Assembly (NCBI GenBank): GCA_045636665.1
Contig: JAZTXY010000008.1
Location: 1-33,331 of the forward strand
Direction of reading: 5' to 3'
Source of the DNA: Eubacteriales bacterium
Lineage (GTDB): Bacteria > Bacillota > Clostridia > Oscillospirales > CAG-382
Length of the DNA stretch: 33,331 nucleotides
The notes under the pieces are model-generated. The model made no database searches and was not told the origin of the DNA. It saw nothing but the letters and a program-made list of their open reading frames with translations. The position numbers and the translations under genes were made by a program. This document shows positions 9,390-18,465 of the stretch, in pieces; within the stretch, counting starts at the first letter, position 1, and each line of letters begins with the position of its first letter.

Positions 9390-9974
9390 ATGAAATCCTT
9401 GCAAAAATATCTCAGCGGAATGGTTTTAAGTCTTTTTGAAATTTTTGTCGGCGTATTGTTGCTTATCGATCCGTTCGCATTCACCTCGGGTATAATTATG
9501 GTGCTCGGCGCAATATTGCTGTTTGTCGGTCTTATTTGCCTGTTCAAATATTTCCGCGAGGATGCGGCAAACGCGGCGTTGGAGCAAAATATGTTTAAAG
9601 GCCTTATCGCCCTCTCGCTCGGCGGATTTTGCGTGCTCGGCAACGGCTTTATCGTTGAAATTTCGGCGTTGCTTACGTTTGTATACGGCGCTGTTATACT
9701 TATCACCGGCTTTTCGAAGATTCAAAAAACCATCGACCTGCTTCGTCTTAAAAAGACAAAATGGGGCTTTACCGCAATAAGCGCGGCTGTAACCGTAATT
9801 TGCGCGGCGCTCATTCTTTTTAACCCCTTCGGCGCAACCGAATGGATTTGGAGATTTATCGGTATTTCGCTTATCGTTGAAGCGCTTATCGATGCATTGG
9901 CGGTTCTTTTGGGCGGTAAGGACAGACCTGTTGAAGCAGAAGCGACAGAGAAAGATTCGGAAGAAAAAGATTAA
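9390..9974 (+). CDS. HdeD/DUF308-family integral membrane protein
   Basis: About six hydrophobic helices with the repeated G-LLL-xP pattern (GVLLLIDPF, AALILFNPF); SD GAGG. Confidence 0.78.
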   Translation: MKSLQKYLSGMVLSLFEIFVGVLLLIDPFAFTSGIIMVLGAILLFVGLICLFKYFREDAANAALEQNMFKGLIALSLGGFCVLGNGFIVEISALLTFVYGAVILITGFSKIQKTIDLLRLKKTKWGFTAISAAVTVICAALILFNPFGATEWIWRFIGISLIVEALIDALAVLLGGKDRPVEAEATEKDSEEKD

Positions 9975-9980
9975 AGCATA

Positions 9981-10655
9981 ATGAACGCAGAAGAAATTAA
10001 AAAACAGCTCGATAACGTATTCAGCGATGAGGTTATCGAGTGGGGTAAGCCGATAATGCAAAATTTCTCCAAGCTGATGGCTTATTACCGTTGCGCTCTT
10101 ATGGAGATAGAAACGAAATTCAACGTGCTTAACGAGGAATTTTCGCTTCGTTATGACCGCAACCCCATTAACAGCATCAAAACGCGGCTCAAATCCTTTT
10201 CGAGTATGCGCGATAAGCTTCAAAGAAAGGGAATCGACCTTACCGTTAACAGTATTGAGGAAAATTTGAACGACGTTGCGGGTGTGCGCGTTATATGCTC
10301 GTTTACCGACGACGTATTTATGCTTGCCGAGGCGTTGCTTAAGCAGGATGATATTACGCTTGTCGAGGCAAAGGATTACATTAACAACCCCAAGCCCAAC
10401 GGATACAGAAGTCTGCATCTTATCGTTACGGTGCCGATATTTCTTGCACACGAAAAGCGATTGATGAAGGTTGAAATTCAGCTTCGCACCATTGCGATGG
10501 ACTCGTGGGCAAGCTTGGAGCATCAGCTTCGTTATAAAAAGGACTATTCCTTTGACGAGCGTATGGCAAACGAGCTTTTGCGCTGTGCCGAGCTTTCAAG
10601 CGAGCTGGATGCGAGAATGGACGCATTGCGAGAATTGGTACAAACAGACGAATAA
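9981..10655 (+). CDS. Small alarmone synthetase, (p)ppGpp synthetase of RelQ/YwaC type
   Basis: RLKSFSS, DVAGVRVIC, KDYINNPKPNGYRSLH, VEIQLRTIAMDSWASLEHQLRYK; single synthetase domain, 224 aa. Confidence 0.93.
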   Translation: MNAEEIKKQLDNVFSDEVIEWGKPIMQNFSKLMAYYRCALMEIETKFNVLNEEFSLRYDRNPINSIKTRLKSFSSMRDKLQRKGIDLTVNSIEENLNDVAGVRVICSFTDDVFMLAEALLKQDDITLVEAKDYINNPKPNGYRSLHLIVTVPIFLAHEKRLMKVEIQLRTIAMDSWASLEHQLRYKKDYSFDERMANELLRCAELSSELDARMDALRELVQTDE

Positions 10656-10659
10656 AGCT

Positions 10660-10689
10660 AAAAGAGAAGCCGAAATCGGCTTCTCTTTT
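10660..10689. terminator. Bidirectional intrinsic terminator
   Basis: AAAAGAGAAGCCGA-AA-TCGGCTTCTCTTTT between convergent genes. Confidence 0.88.
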
Positions 10690-11865
10690 CTAATGTGCAT
10701 ACAGTCCTTCGTAATCGATAATGATTCCCGTAAGGCAGGTATCCTCGTATTTGCTTCCCTTATAAACGTCGGTAATTTCAAATCTGAAATGCGCGTCAAA
10801 TCCGTTTCCGACCTTTATCTTAAGCGGCGAAAGGTCGATATATTGCGGCTTTATCGTATCCTCAAGCTCGATATCGCCCAAATATTCGCCCTCGTAATAA
10901 AGCTTCATGCTCTTCACACGGCTGTTTTCCTGCCATTTGGTTGCGCTTTTTGCATTGCCGTTGACGATGCACATACTGTAGAGCGTAAGCTCTGCATAAC
11001 CCGTGCCTAAATACATCTGCTTTATTTCGATGCTTTCGCCGATACCATAGCCATCGACACCCTCCGACCAGACGTTTTCACGGTCGTCGATAGCAAGATG
11101 CGATGCATCGTAGCTTGTTTTGCCCTGCGGCGCCAAAACCGAGGATGCCTTGACCTCGCAAACGTAGCTATCACAACCGCACCACACCGAGCAGCCGAGC
11201 GCAAGTCGTTCATCGTAACCGAACACTTCGCCATCCTCCATATCGATCGCGCCCGGGCTGTCTTCATCATAACCCTTAAAGCTACCTATCTCGGTTTTAA
11301 AGGAATGATCCCAATCGTCAGGGAAGCTGTAGGAGGGCTCTACGGTCATATTTACCATATTGATATGAAAGCTGTAATTGTATTTTCCATCGGTGCATTC
11401 GATCGCTGAATAGTGTCGGTTTGCGCCCAAAACCTGTGTCGCAAGCTCGGAGATGACCGCCTTGGGGCAATTTACGTCGCTGTCGGTAAATTGCAATTCT
11501 TCCTTGTCGACGTTCAAAATCGCGCCGCCCAAATATTCGTCCGTATCTTCTCCGATCGGGCTTCTGAAGCAGCACAAATGCACCTCGTCACCGTTTTTAA
11601 CCGTATCCTCCATAGGGTTTGGCGGTATTATCGAGGAAGTATCGTCTTGCGAAGTATCGTCTTGCGAAGTATCGTCTTGTGAAGTATCGTCGGGTACAGA
11701 ATTGCTTTCGTGAATCACCGCTTCGGAAGATTCCTCGGAGCTTTCATTTATTTGTATATCTTCGGTCGTTTTTGACGCTTCTACAGAAATTTCGGTTTCT
11801 GCGCCGTTGTTGCAGGAGCAAAGCAAAAGCAAAACAACCAAAAGTGAAATAATGATTTTTTTCAT
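10690..11865 (-). CDS. Lipoprotein with acidic low-complexity linker and C-terminal discoidin-like (galactose-binding-like) domain
   Basis: MKKIIISLLVVLLLLCSC lipobox; C-terminal ASSVLAPQG..YDASHL..WSEGVDGYGIGE..NG..K....W..NSRVK..FEITDVYKGSKYEDTC pattern; SD AAGGAG. Confidence 0.72.
   Translation of the reverse strand: MKKIIISLLVVLLLLCSCNNGAETEISVEASKTTEDIQINESSEESSEAVIHESNSVPDDTSQDDTSQDDTSQDDTSSIIPPNPMEDTVKNGDEVHLCCFRSPIGEDTDEYLGGAILNVDKEELQFTDSDVNCPKAVISELATQVLGANRHYSAIECTDGKYNYSFHINMVNMTVEPSYSFPDDWDHSFKTEIGSFKGYDEDSPGAIDMEDGEVFGYDERLALGCSVWCGCDSYVCEVKASSVLAPQGKTSYDASHLAIDDRENVWSEGVDGYGIGESIEIKQMYLGTGYAELTLYSMCIVNGNAKSATKWQENSRVKSMKLYYEGEYLGDIELEDTIKPQYIDLSPLKIKVGNGFDAHFRFEITDVYKGSKYEDTCLTGIIIDYEGLYAH
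11636..11691 (-). repeat. 15-bp coding tandem repeat (DDTSQ, about 3.7 copies)
   Basis: GAAGTATCGTCTTGY repeated three times plus a partial copy. Confidence 0.9.
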
Positions 11866-11934
11866 ATATATCATCTCCTTTCGCTTATATAGACGAAAAA
11901 AGCAACGGTTTGTCACATATTTTCTTCAAAAACA

Positions 11935-11963
11935 ATTATACTTAATAATCTTGAATTTGTCAA
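11935..11963 (-). promoter_or_regulatory. Consensus sigmaA promoter for the lipoprotein gene
   Basis: Minus strand TTGACA, 17 bp, TATAAT. Confidence 0.75.
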
Positions 11964-12005
11964 ATGGCGGTCGGGGGAGGTTTTGAACAGAATGATAACA
12001 AATTG

Positions 12006-12034
12006 TTGAAAAACGAAGAACTGTGTGATACAAT
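12006..12034 (+). promoter_or_regulatory. sigmaA promoter for the DUF898-like fusion gene
   Basis: TTGAAA, 17 bp, TG-n-TACAAT. Confidence 0.6.
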
Positions 12035-12064
12035 GTAGTAAATATATAAATGCGGAGGTTTTTT

Positions 12065-14548
12065 ATGCACAGACTCTTGGCTACCGGCATGATCTTTTTC
12101 ATCCTTTTCGGTATATTGTTTCTCGGCGGTTTGGTTGCGACCATCGTTATGGTTGCGGTGCGTGCAGGCAATTTGAAAAACCGCGCAGGCGATGGCAAGC
12201 GTTCCTATTTTGACGGCGGCGCTTTTGCTTATATCGGCTTGTCGATACTCGTTGCGCTTATCGATGTGTTTTCGTTTGGCTTTGCCTATCCGTGGGCGCT
12301 TTGTCTTTTCCAAAAATGGGAAAAGAAGCACACTGTTATTAACGGACGAAGACTTTATTTCAAGGGTCAAGGCATTGAAATATTCGGTTGGAATATTCTT
12401 TGGAACTTCCTTTCTGTTATCACCTTCGGTATTTTTTCAATCTGGCGTGTTTATTACATTTACAAATGGACTGTGAAGAATACCGTTTATGACGACGGAT
12501 TCGGAATTGCCGAAAGCCGTTTCACGGGCGGTGGCGGCGCTTGGTTCGTTCATATGCTTTTCGTTTACCTTATGACGGTATTTTCGTTTGGATTTGCAAC
12601 TCCGTGGGCGATAAAGACCTATATCAAGTGGCAAACCGCCAATACCGAAATCGGCGGAAGTCCGCTTGTGTTCAAGGGTACGGGCGGTCAGCTTTTCGGC
12701 AGATATATGCTGTATATTCTGCTCAGCTTTTGCACGTTCGGATTTTTCGCGCTGTTTATTCCCGTGTTTTTAAAGGATTGGACGTGCTTCAACACCGATG
12801 CGCTTTATGCTACCGATGCTATTAAAAACGCAACCCTCTCGCACGAAAGATCGGCAATACGTGATTTTGCAAGCATCAAGATTGCCGCAAACCAATCGGC
12901 GCTTGAGCTTGAAAAAAGCGGTATAACCTCCGAAACTTCGGATTCGCAGATTGAAGAATTGGCATCACGCGGAAACGTTATTGCAAAATACCGTCTTGCG
13001 CTTATCAAAAAGGGTAATGACGAATCTTTTTCGGGCGAAGCACTTGATTTGTTAAAAACCGCATCGGATGCCGGTTATCATATCGCAATGTATGAATATG
13101 CGTCGTTGGCACAGACCGAGGATGAATTTTTGATGCTTCTTGACGGCAGTGCAAGACGCGGAAATATGCAGGCGGTTCGTAAGCTGAGAGAATTTTATAC
13201 CGAGCGCGGATATGACGTGACGCTTGGTGTTTCCGAAAGAACGAAAAATCTTTCGCTTGCGCTTTATTGGTTCAAAATCTCGCTTGAGCTTGGCGATCAG
13301 GAAGCGCTTAAGATGCAACAAAGCTACAACGGAATGCTTGAAACGTTAAGCTTGTTGCTTTGCGGAGAGCCTAATAACAGACCTTCTGCAAAGGTGAGCG
13401 TTGCGACGGTGGTTTGGACGTCGATATTAAGCGTTATTGTTCTTCTTCCTCTTATCATACTTCTCGGCGTCGCGCTTATCGGCGGTATATTTTTGATGGA
13501 AAACGACGCACCGCAACCCGAGCGTTTGGAGAGCGATGATTATGCTTACGTTTATCACGGTGAGGTCGAGCTTAAGGTAAACCGCGACAATCTTTACAGA
13601 GATAAATCGCAAATTTGCACGAACGATGAATTTTCACCGAATTTCGATTTCGATTTCGAGCTTGACGATCACGATGCCGAATTTTCGGGCAGACTCGGCG
13701 ATTATGCTTACGTCGATTATGACGAGGGCGTAACCTATATCGATTTCGGTATGGGCAATTGCGATTGGGACGGCGGTGATTATTGCTTCTATCTTGTCAG
13801 CGATGAATTCAATCGCGATGAAGACGGCACATACATTCCTCTTTGCGGAGTTGTCCGTCCGGGTGAAAGCATTTATAAGATAAATCACATTCTTCCCGAG
13901 GGAGAAATTACAATAAGCGTAATGATGTACAACGGACGCGTAGATAACCTTTTAGGCACTTCGTCGGCAGTTCAGGGCGGTACACATATCATTTTCAACG
14001 GTGACGAGATATTCCGTCCCTTCTGGGTTGCACAAATTTGCCGCAAAACGGTAACCGTTACGCGTTATACAGAGGGTGATTTGGACTTTGGAGAAAGCGA
14101 TGAATCGTCCGAAAACAGCGCATCGCTCGAAAACGTTATTGTCGGACATTGGGAAAGCGCAGTAAGAACCGATAACATTATCTTTTCAACTACTTACACC
14201 TTTAATTCCGACGGCACCTTTGAAATGGGCAGCTGTGAATATATGCACACGTCGTATGCACCCGAGCTGTTTTACGGTATGCCCGAGGGATGGCAAACTG
14301 TGCCGATGGGTTATCCCTATACCGCGGGAACGTATACCGTCGAAGGCGATCAAATTATTATGACGGGCACAGTGATGGAGGCGGGTGACGAATTGGCGTT
14401 TAACCTGGTCCTGACGGTAAGCGACAGCAATTCCGAATTTTTAACCGTCGTTAACGAAAGCGACAGAGAACAAAAGTATTACAAATGCAACACCGATACG
14501 TCTATTGAAGCGGTTTGCGATGCCTTGGGCATTTCCACAGCACCGTAA
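12065..14548 (+). CDS. Multidomain membrane protein: DUF898/YjgN-like N-terminus, Sel1-like helical repeats, TM helix, acidic extracellular domains
   Basis: Duplicated F-x-G-x-G...TFG...W...W...NT modules (INGRRLYFKGQG; IGGSPLVFKGTGGQLFG); Sel1-like ASRGNVIAKYRLA, ASDAGYHIAMYEYA, ARRGNMQAV, ALYWFKISLELGDQEA; long hydrophobic stretch; C-terminal IVGHWE...TYTFNSDGTF...GTYTVEGDQI (lipocalin-like pattern). SD GGAGG before ATG 12065. Confidence 0.72.
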   Translation: MHRLLATGMIFFILFGILFLGGLVATIVMVAVRAGNLKNRAGDGKRSYFDGGAFAYIGLSILVALIDVFSFGFAYPWALCLFQKWEKKHTVINGRRLYFKGQGIEIFGWNILWNFLSVITFGIFSIWRVYYIYKWTVKNTVYDDGFGIAESRFTGGGGAWFVHMLFVYLMTVFSFGFATPWAIKTYIKWQTANTEIGGSPLVFKGTGGQLFGRYMLYILLSFCTFGFFALFIPVFLKDWTCFNTDALYATDAIKNATLSHERSAIRDFASIKIAANQSALELEKSGITSETSDSQIEELASRGNVIAKYRLALIKKGNDESFSGEALDLLKTASDAGYHIAMYEYASLAQTEDEFLMLLDGSARRGNMQAVRKLREFYTERGYDVTLGVSERTKNLSLALYWFKISLELGDQEALKMQQSYNGMLETLSLLLCGEPNNRPSAKVSVATVVWTSILSVIVLLPLIILLGVALIGGIFLMENDAPQPERLESDDYAYVYHGEVELKVNRDNLYRDKSQICTNDEFSPNFDFDFELDDHDAEFSGRLGDYAYVDYDEGVTYIDFGMGNCDWDGGDYCFYLVSDEFNRDEDGTYIPLCGVVRPGESIYKINHILPEGEITISVMMYNGRVDNLLGTSSAVQGGTHIIFNGDEIFRPFWVAQICRKTVTVTRYTEGDLDFGESDESSENSASLENVIVGHWESAVRTDNIIFSTTYTFNSDGTFEMGSCEYMHTSYAPELFYGMPEGWQTVPMGYPYTAGTYTVEGDQIIMTGTVMEAGDELAFNLVLTVSDSNSEFLTVVNESDREQKYYKCNTDTSIEAVCDALGISTAP

Positions 14549-14561
14549 AATCAAATAAACA

Positions 14562-14587
14562 AAAAAGAGCCGTAAATGGCTCTTTTT
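14562..14587. terminator. Bidirectional intrinsic terminator
   Basis: AAAAAGAGCCG-TAAA-TGGCTCTTTTT between convergent genes. Confidence 0.82.
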
Positions 14588-14594
14588 ATGTTTG

Positions 14595-16205
14595 TTAATT
14601 AGCCAGATCGATCCACATTGCGGCTCTGCTTTTATCGGGATTTTCGGGAATTACAAGGTCGCCAGAATCTACCAGGTCGTAAATGGTGCTCATTCGGGTG
14701 TGAAGTATAAACATTGCCGCCGCGTAATCTGCATCCTTGGCATTGTATTTCGTTGTGTCCTTTTTCACAAGCTCCTTGATCTCTTCGAAAAGCTTGGCGG
14801 TAAGCGCCATATATTCGTTGTAAAGAGGGTGCTCGTTAAACCGTTTAAGCATCGCCTTGCGTGCTTCATCGCTGATAACGAGAATGTCGGGAATGACAGT
14901 TCCGTTTTCCTCGTGTGCGAATTTGCCGTCGATCCCCGCCCAAATAAGCTGTTCGCTGACCGAAAAGCTTTCGACCTTTCTTGGGTTTTTGATAATATCC
15001 GCCAAAAACAGCATTTCGGTCCTATCCATTTCGCCGACACGGTTCCACATACCGAAATTGCTTATTTTGTACGCCCAGAATTGTGTTTCGCTGTTGAGTC
15101 CGCAACCGTTTTGACCTGAAAACATTGGCCTCGGAAGCGTAACCGATTCATATCCCATAAAGCCCCAATCCTCGCCGTTTGCTCGGATTTTGGGTATGTA
15201 CCCTAAAATGCTTTCCGGCTCTGCGCCGCAGGCGTAATTTGCCGCAAGGTCAGGGATAAACATTGCAGCCCACCACTTAACGTCGTTATCGCCCATGTTG
15301 TCGGGAACAATGCTGAGCGAGCGTATAAACGGCATCGACGAATCGATTATTTTGTTGATAATATCACTGCGCTTTTTGGATTCCTTTAAGATAGTATCGT
15401 TGATCTTCAGCTGACATTCTGCGCTCGAAATATAAAAATCGGTGATATATCTTTCGTCATCAAGCTTTTTAAGCAACGTCGCATCAACGAGAAGCTTTAT
15501 TTCCTCCTCCATATAAGGCATCGCAATGCCCAATGCCACCGCAAGCTCTTCGGCGGTCGAGGGGTTGTTACTTGCTTCTATAAGTATGTTTTTTGGGATG
15601 CTTCTTTGTACTGCAGACCAAGGCAAACCACTCGGTTGGTTTCCGCTTGACGAAAAGTCGATATCTTCGGGGTTGTAGCTTTTTGCTCCAAATTGTCTTG
15701 CCATATTCATACCTTCCTTCAATATATTACGCGCACGGTAAAGTTTAGTCATAACCGTGCCTTTCGGGAGCTTTAATGAGTCGGCAATATCGTTTACCTT
15801 TCGGTCTTTGATATAAAACTCAACGATTATGTTCCTGTAATCCGCCGATATAAACGCCAATTCGCGTTTAAGAAGTGCTATTTCATCACTATGTATAACA
15901 TCGTTTTCGATATTGCGTTTGTCGGCTATTTCAAAAGAGTCAAAATCATTCGTTAATACTGCTTCGTTATATCTGCGCCTTTTGTCTGCCCACCCGCTAT
16001 AGCGGTTGCGCGCTATTTGCCACACCCAAGCAGGGAAGTTATCGGGAACGAATCCTTTTTTCAGTGTAGTGAGGATGTTGACCGAGATGTCGGAGGCAAG
16101 GTCCTCGGCATCAAATCGGTTTCCCGTCTTTTTAAGACAAAAGTAAAACAGCTTTTCGGAGTATTGATGAATAAATATTTCCGAAAATTCGTTTTGTCCG
16201 CTCAT
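14595..16205 (-). CDS. ECF-type sigma-70 factor with long C-terminal extension
   Basis: Region 2: LFYFCLKKTGNRFDAEDL...FPAWVWQIARNRY. Region 4: YRNIIVEFYIKDRKVNDIADSLKLPKGTVMTKLYRARNILK. About 370 further residues follow. SD GGGAGG. Confidence 0.9.
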   Translation of the reverse strand: MSGQNEFSEIFIHQYSEKLFYFCLKKTGNRFDAEDLASDISVNILTTLKKGFVPDNFPAWVWQIARNRYSGWADKRRRYNEAVLTNDFDSFEIADKRNIENDVIHSDEIALLKRELAFISADYRNIIVEFYIKDRKVNDIADSLKLPKGTVMTKLYRARNILKEGMNMARQFGAKSYNPEDIDFSSSGNQPSGLPWSAVQRSIPKNILIEASNNPSTAEELAVALGIAMPYMEEEIKLLVDATLLKKLDDERYITDFYISSAECQLKINDTILKESKKRSDIINKIIDSSMPFIRSLSIVPDNMGDNDVKWWAAMFIPDLAANYACGAEPESILGYIPKIRANGEDWGFMGYESVTLPRPMFSGQNGCGLNSETQFWAYKISNFGMWNRVGEMDRTEMLFLADIIKNPRKVESFSVSEQLIWAGIDGKFAHEENGTVIPDILVISDEARKAMLKRFNEHPLYNEYMALTAKLFEEIKELVKKDTTKYNAKDADYAAAMFILHTRMSTIYDLVDSGDLVIPENPDKSRAAMWIDLAN

Positions 16206-16309
16206 TTTTTCGCCTCCCTTCGTACATATAGTGTAGGAATTTTAAAATTGATTTCAAAAAATCATACTACCGAAATGAAAATTTATCGAATACGGTATAT
16301 AAAACAAGG

Positions 16310-16336
16310 CAAAAGAGCACTTTGCGTGCTCTTTTG
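16310..16336 (-). terminator. Intrinsic terminator after the DUF4855-like gene
   Basis: CAAAAGAGCAC-TTTGC-GTGCTCTTTTG. Confidence 0.78.
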
Positions 16337-16343
16337 GTTTTGA

Positions 16344-18458
16344 TTATTGTTTCTTTTTCTTAATGATTATGATTTCCGCAACCGTGAATGCGATAACGAC
16401 GGCAAAGCCGATAATGACCCAAAGCAGAGCGCTGAGCTCGCCGCTTTCTTCGGTTGTCGGTTGCGAAGCCTCGGTATCGGTCGATTCTTGGGCTTCGGTG
16501 TTATCGTCTTTTGAAACGGGGGAGCTTATTTCGTCATCGTCGGACTTGCTCGATTCGTTGTTGCCTTTTGATTCTTCGGGGATGCTTGAGGATTCATTAT
16601 CGACAGAAGCATCGTTGTCGTTCTTCGATTCATCGCCCTTCGATTCATCGCCCTTCGATTCATCGGGCTTGGATTCGTCGGGCTTGGATTCGTTGGGCTT
16701 GGATTCATCGGGCTTAGATTCGTCGGGCTCGGATTCATCGGGCTTGGATTCATCGGGCTTGGATTCATCGGGATTCGATTTATCGGGCTCGGATTCATCA
16801 ACGACCGTTCCGTTTTTAACGCCGACAAGAAATTCCGAGCAGAATACAAATGCGCCGCCCATACCGCCGAATGACATTTTAACATATCTCGCGCTTACGG
16901 GGTTCGTTTCGTATTTGAAGCAGGAGTTATTTTCATCCAAAATAAGCTTAGGCTTTGTAAGCTCACGGAAGGTTTTGCCGTCGTTGGAAATGCTTAATAC
17001 GATTCCTGTAGGAGAGCCGATGCCTGCGATCATACGGTTGTCGAAATGAGCGTAAAAATGAGTCAAGTCGGTTCGTATCTCTCCAAGGTCGACGGTTATG
17101 CTCATTTTACCGTTAGAGTCGGTTATGGAGTGGTGGAAGGCGTGCCAATCGGTGCTTAATGCCTTTTTGGCGAGTATTCCGTCGGTAAGCTCCTTGCCGT
17201 CTACCTTTTGGTAATCTGCGCCGTTGCCGTCAACATAGGATCTGCAACCCGAATATTTTTTGCCGACCGAAATCCAATCGACGTTTTTAGCCATAAGCGA
17301 GCTGAGACCGATATCGTCAACGTATTCATATTCGGTGGTTACTTGGGCAGGACGTACCTTGTCGATTTCCGCTTGGGTAAGCGTACCCTTTGCATACTTA
17401 TAAGTCAGGTCGTAAACCATACGGAATTGCGGATTGCTTGAATAACACGCTTGGTAATAAACCGCGGTTTTGCCGTCTTGGTAGTACATTTTAACGGCAT
17501 CCATCATCGAGGAGTTGATACCGCCTTCGAGATAACTAAGATATCTTGCGAAATATTCGTCGGTATAAACTCTGCCGTCGCATTCCATTTCCATACAAAG
17601 ACCGTATTTTTCGGAAAGCTCGATGCTTTTCTTTACACGGTTGGGGTCGTTATAGCCGAGCCACATAAGGTTGGGCTGCATACAAGCGACGTCAAAGCCG
17701 TAGCTTTGCCATTTATTGTAGCCGTTTGCCTCGTACCAAGGAATCCATATAAATTTCAAGCCCTTGGAATGGAGATAATCCGAGGCGTACTTAATAAGCT
17801 CGCCGTCGCCGCTTGCGGCGGTGAATTCCTCAAGCCAATAAAAGCCGACAAGGTCAAGATGCTTATAACCCTTCTGTTCAAAGCGCTTTATCTGCTCGTC
17901 GATCATCCATTTAAGAGCGTATTTTCTGTCCTCAAGCTTCGAGAAATTAAGGCTTTTTCCGCCCAACGAGCCGAAATTGGTGGCTTCGGTGCTGGGGTAG
18001 AGAAGCGTGAAGAAAACACCCGCCTTGCTTTTGGTATCGTTAAGCGCGGCTTTGGTCTTGCCGAACGCAGATTCAAGCGCATCTACGTTTGCGTTCTTAT
18101 AAAAGGTATCGTCAACGTAGGTCGTCCAGTCTATAGCCTTGGTGGGGTTGCCCTCCTGCAAATGCATTCTTGCACCCGACGGACCGTAGCCCATACAGGG
18201 CAAGAAAAGATAGCTGTCGAAGAAAAAGTCCTTTACCTTGCCGTTTTTGTCAAGGTAGCCGGTATAGGGCAAAAGATCCTGCTCGTAATGTCTTCCGTTG
18301 TCCGAGGAGGAATAGCGAAAGGTGTAGGTAAGACACAAATTTTCGTATCCGCCCATATCGTCGGCGGTCGGCACATTCGGTGCGGCAATAGTTTCAAAGC
18401 ATAGTAAATTGGTTAGGAGTAATAAAATTGTAACGGTTGCAATTAAGATTCTTTTCAT
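16344..18458 (-). CDS. Surface-anchored DUF4855-like (putative glycoside hydrolase) protein with discoidin/F5-8-type module, DESKP linker and C-terminal membrane anchor
   Basis: Signal peptide; PYTGYLD..G...D.FFDSYLFL, LVGFYWLEE, FIWIPWYEANGY..W..YGFDVACMQPN, GLCMEME, YYQ motifs; LTDG...W...ITVDLG...SNDGKTF...ARYVK discoidin pattern; TM helix plus KKKKQ tail. Confidence 0.78.
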   Translation of the reverse strand: MKRILIATVTILLLLTNLLCFETIAAPNVPTADDMGGYENLCLTYTFRYSSSDNGRHYEQDLLPYTGYLDKNGKVKDFFFDSYLFLPCMGYGPSGARMHLQEGNPTKAIDWTTYVDDTFYKNANVDALESAFGKTKAALNDTKSKAGVFFTLLYPSTEATNFGSLGGKSLNFSKLEDRKYALKWMIDEQIKRFEQKGYKHLDLVGFYWLEEFTAASGDGELIKYASDYLHSKGLKFIWIPWYEANGYNKWQSYGFDVACMQPNLMWLGYNDPNRVKKSIELSEKYGLCMEMECDGRVYTDEYFARYLSYLEGGINSSMMDAVKMYYQDGKTAVYYQACYSSNPQFRMVYDLTYKYAKGTLTQAEIDKVRPAQVTTEYEYVDDIGLSSLMAKNVDWISVGKKYSGCRSYVDGNGADYQKVDGKELTDGILAKKALSTDWHAFHHSITDSNGKMSITVDLGEIRTDLTHFYAHFDNRMIAGIGSPTGIVLSISNDGKTFRELTKPKLILDENNSCFKYETNPVSARYVKMSFGGMGGAFVFCSEFLVGVKNGTVVDESEPDKSNPDESKPDESKPDESEPDESKPDESKPNESKPDESKPDESKGDESKGDESKNDNDASVDNESSSIPEESKGNNESSKSDDDEISSPVSKDDNTEAQESTDTEASQPTTEESGELSALLWVIIGFAVVIAFTVAEIIIIKKKKQ
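16626..16799 (-). repeat. 15-bp coding tandem repeat (DESKP/DESKG/DESEP, about 11-12 copies)
   Basis: Degenerate GGATTCRTCGGGCTT units on the plus strand encoding a D-E-S-K-P linker. Confidence 0.92.
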
Positions 18459-18465
18459 AAAGTCC

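Noticed and set aside
9426..10523. 365-aa minus-strand ORF
   Set aside because: Antisense to the well-supported HdeD-like and alarmone synthetase genes.
9981..10655. Toxic small alarmone synthetase (toxSAS) toxin-antitoxin system
   Set aside because: The motifs look like an ordinary RelQ/YwaC-type enzyme, the neighbour is a polytopic membrane protein rather than a recognisable antitoxin, and the context is not mobile.
16363..18404. ORFs with repetitive translations (DSSGL, MNPSP, IHRAW) and 17451..18404
   Set aside because: Alternative-frame or antisense readings of the DESKP repeat and the DUF4855-like gene.
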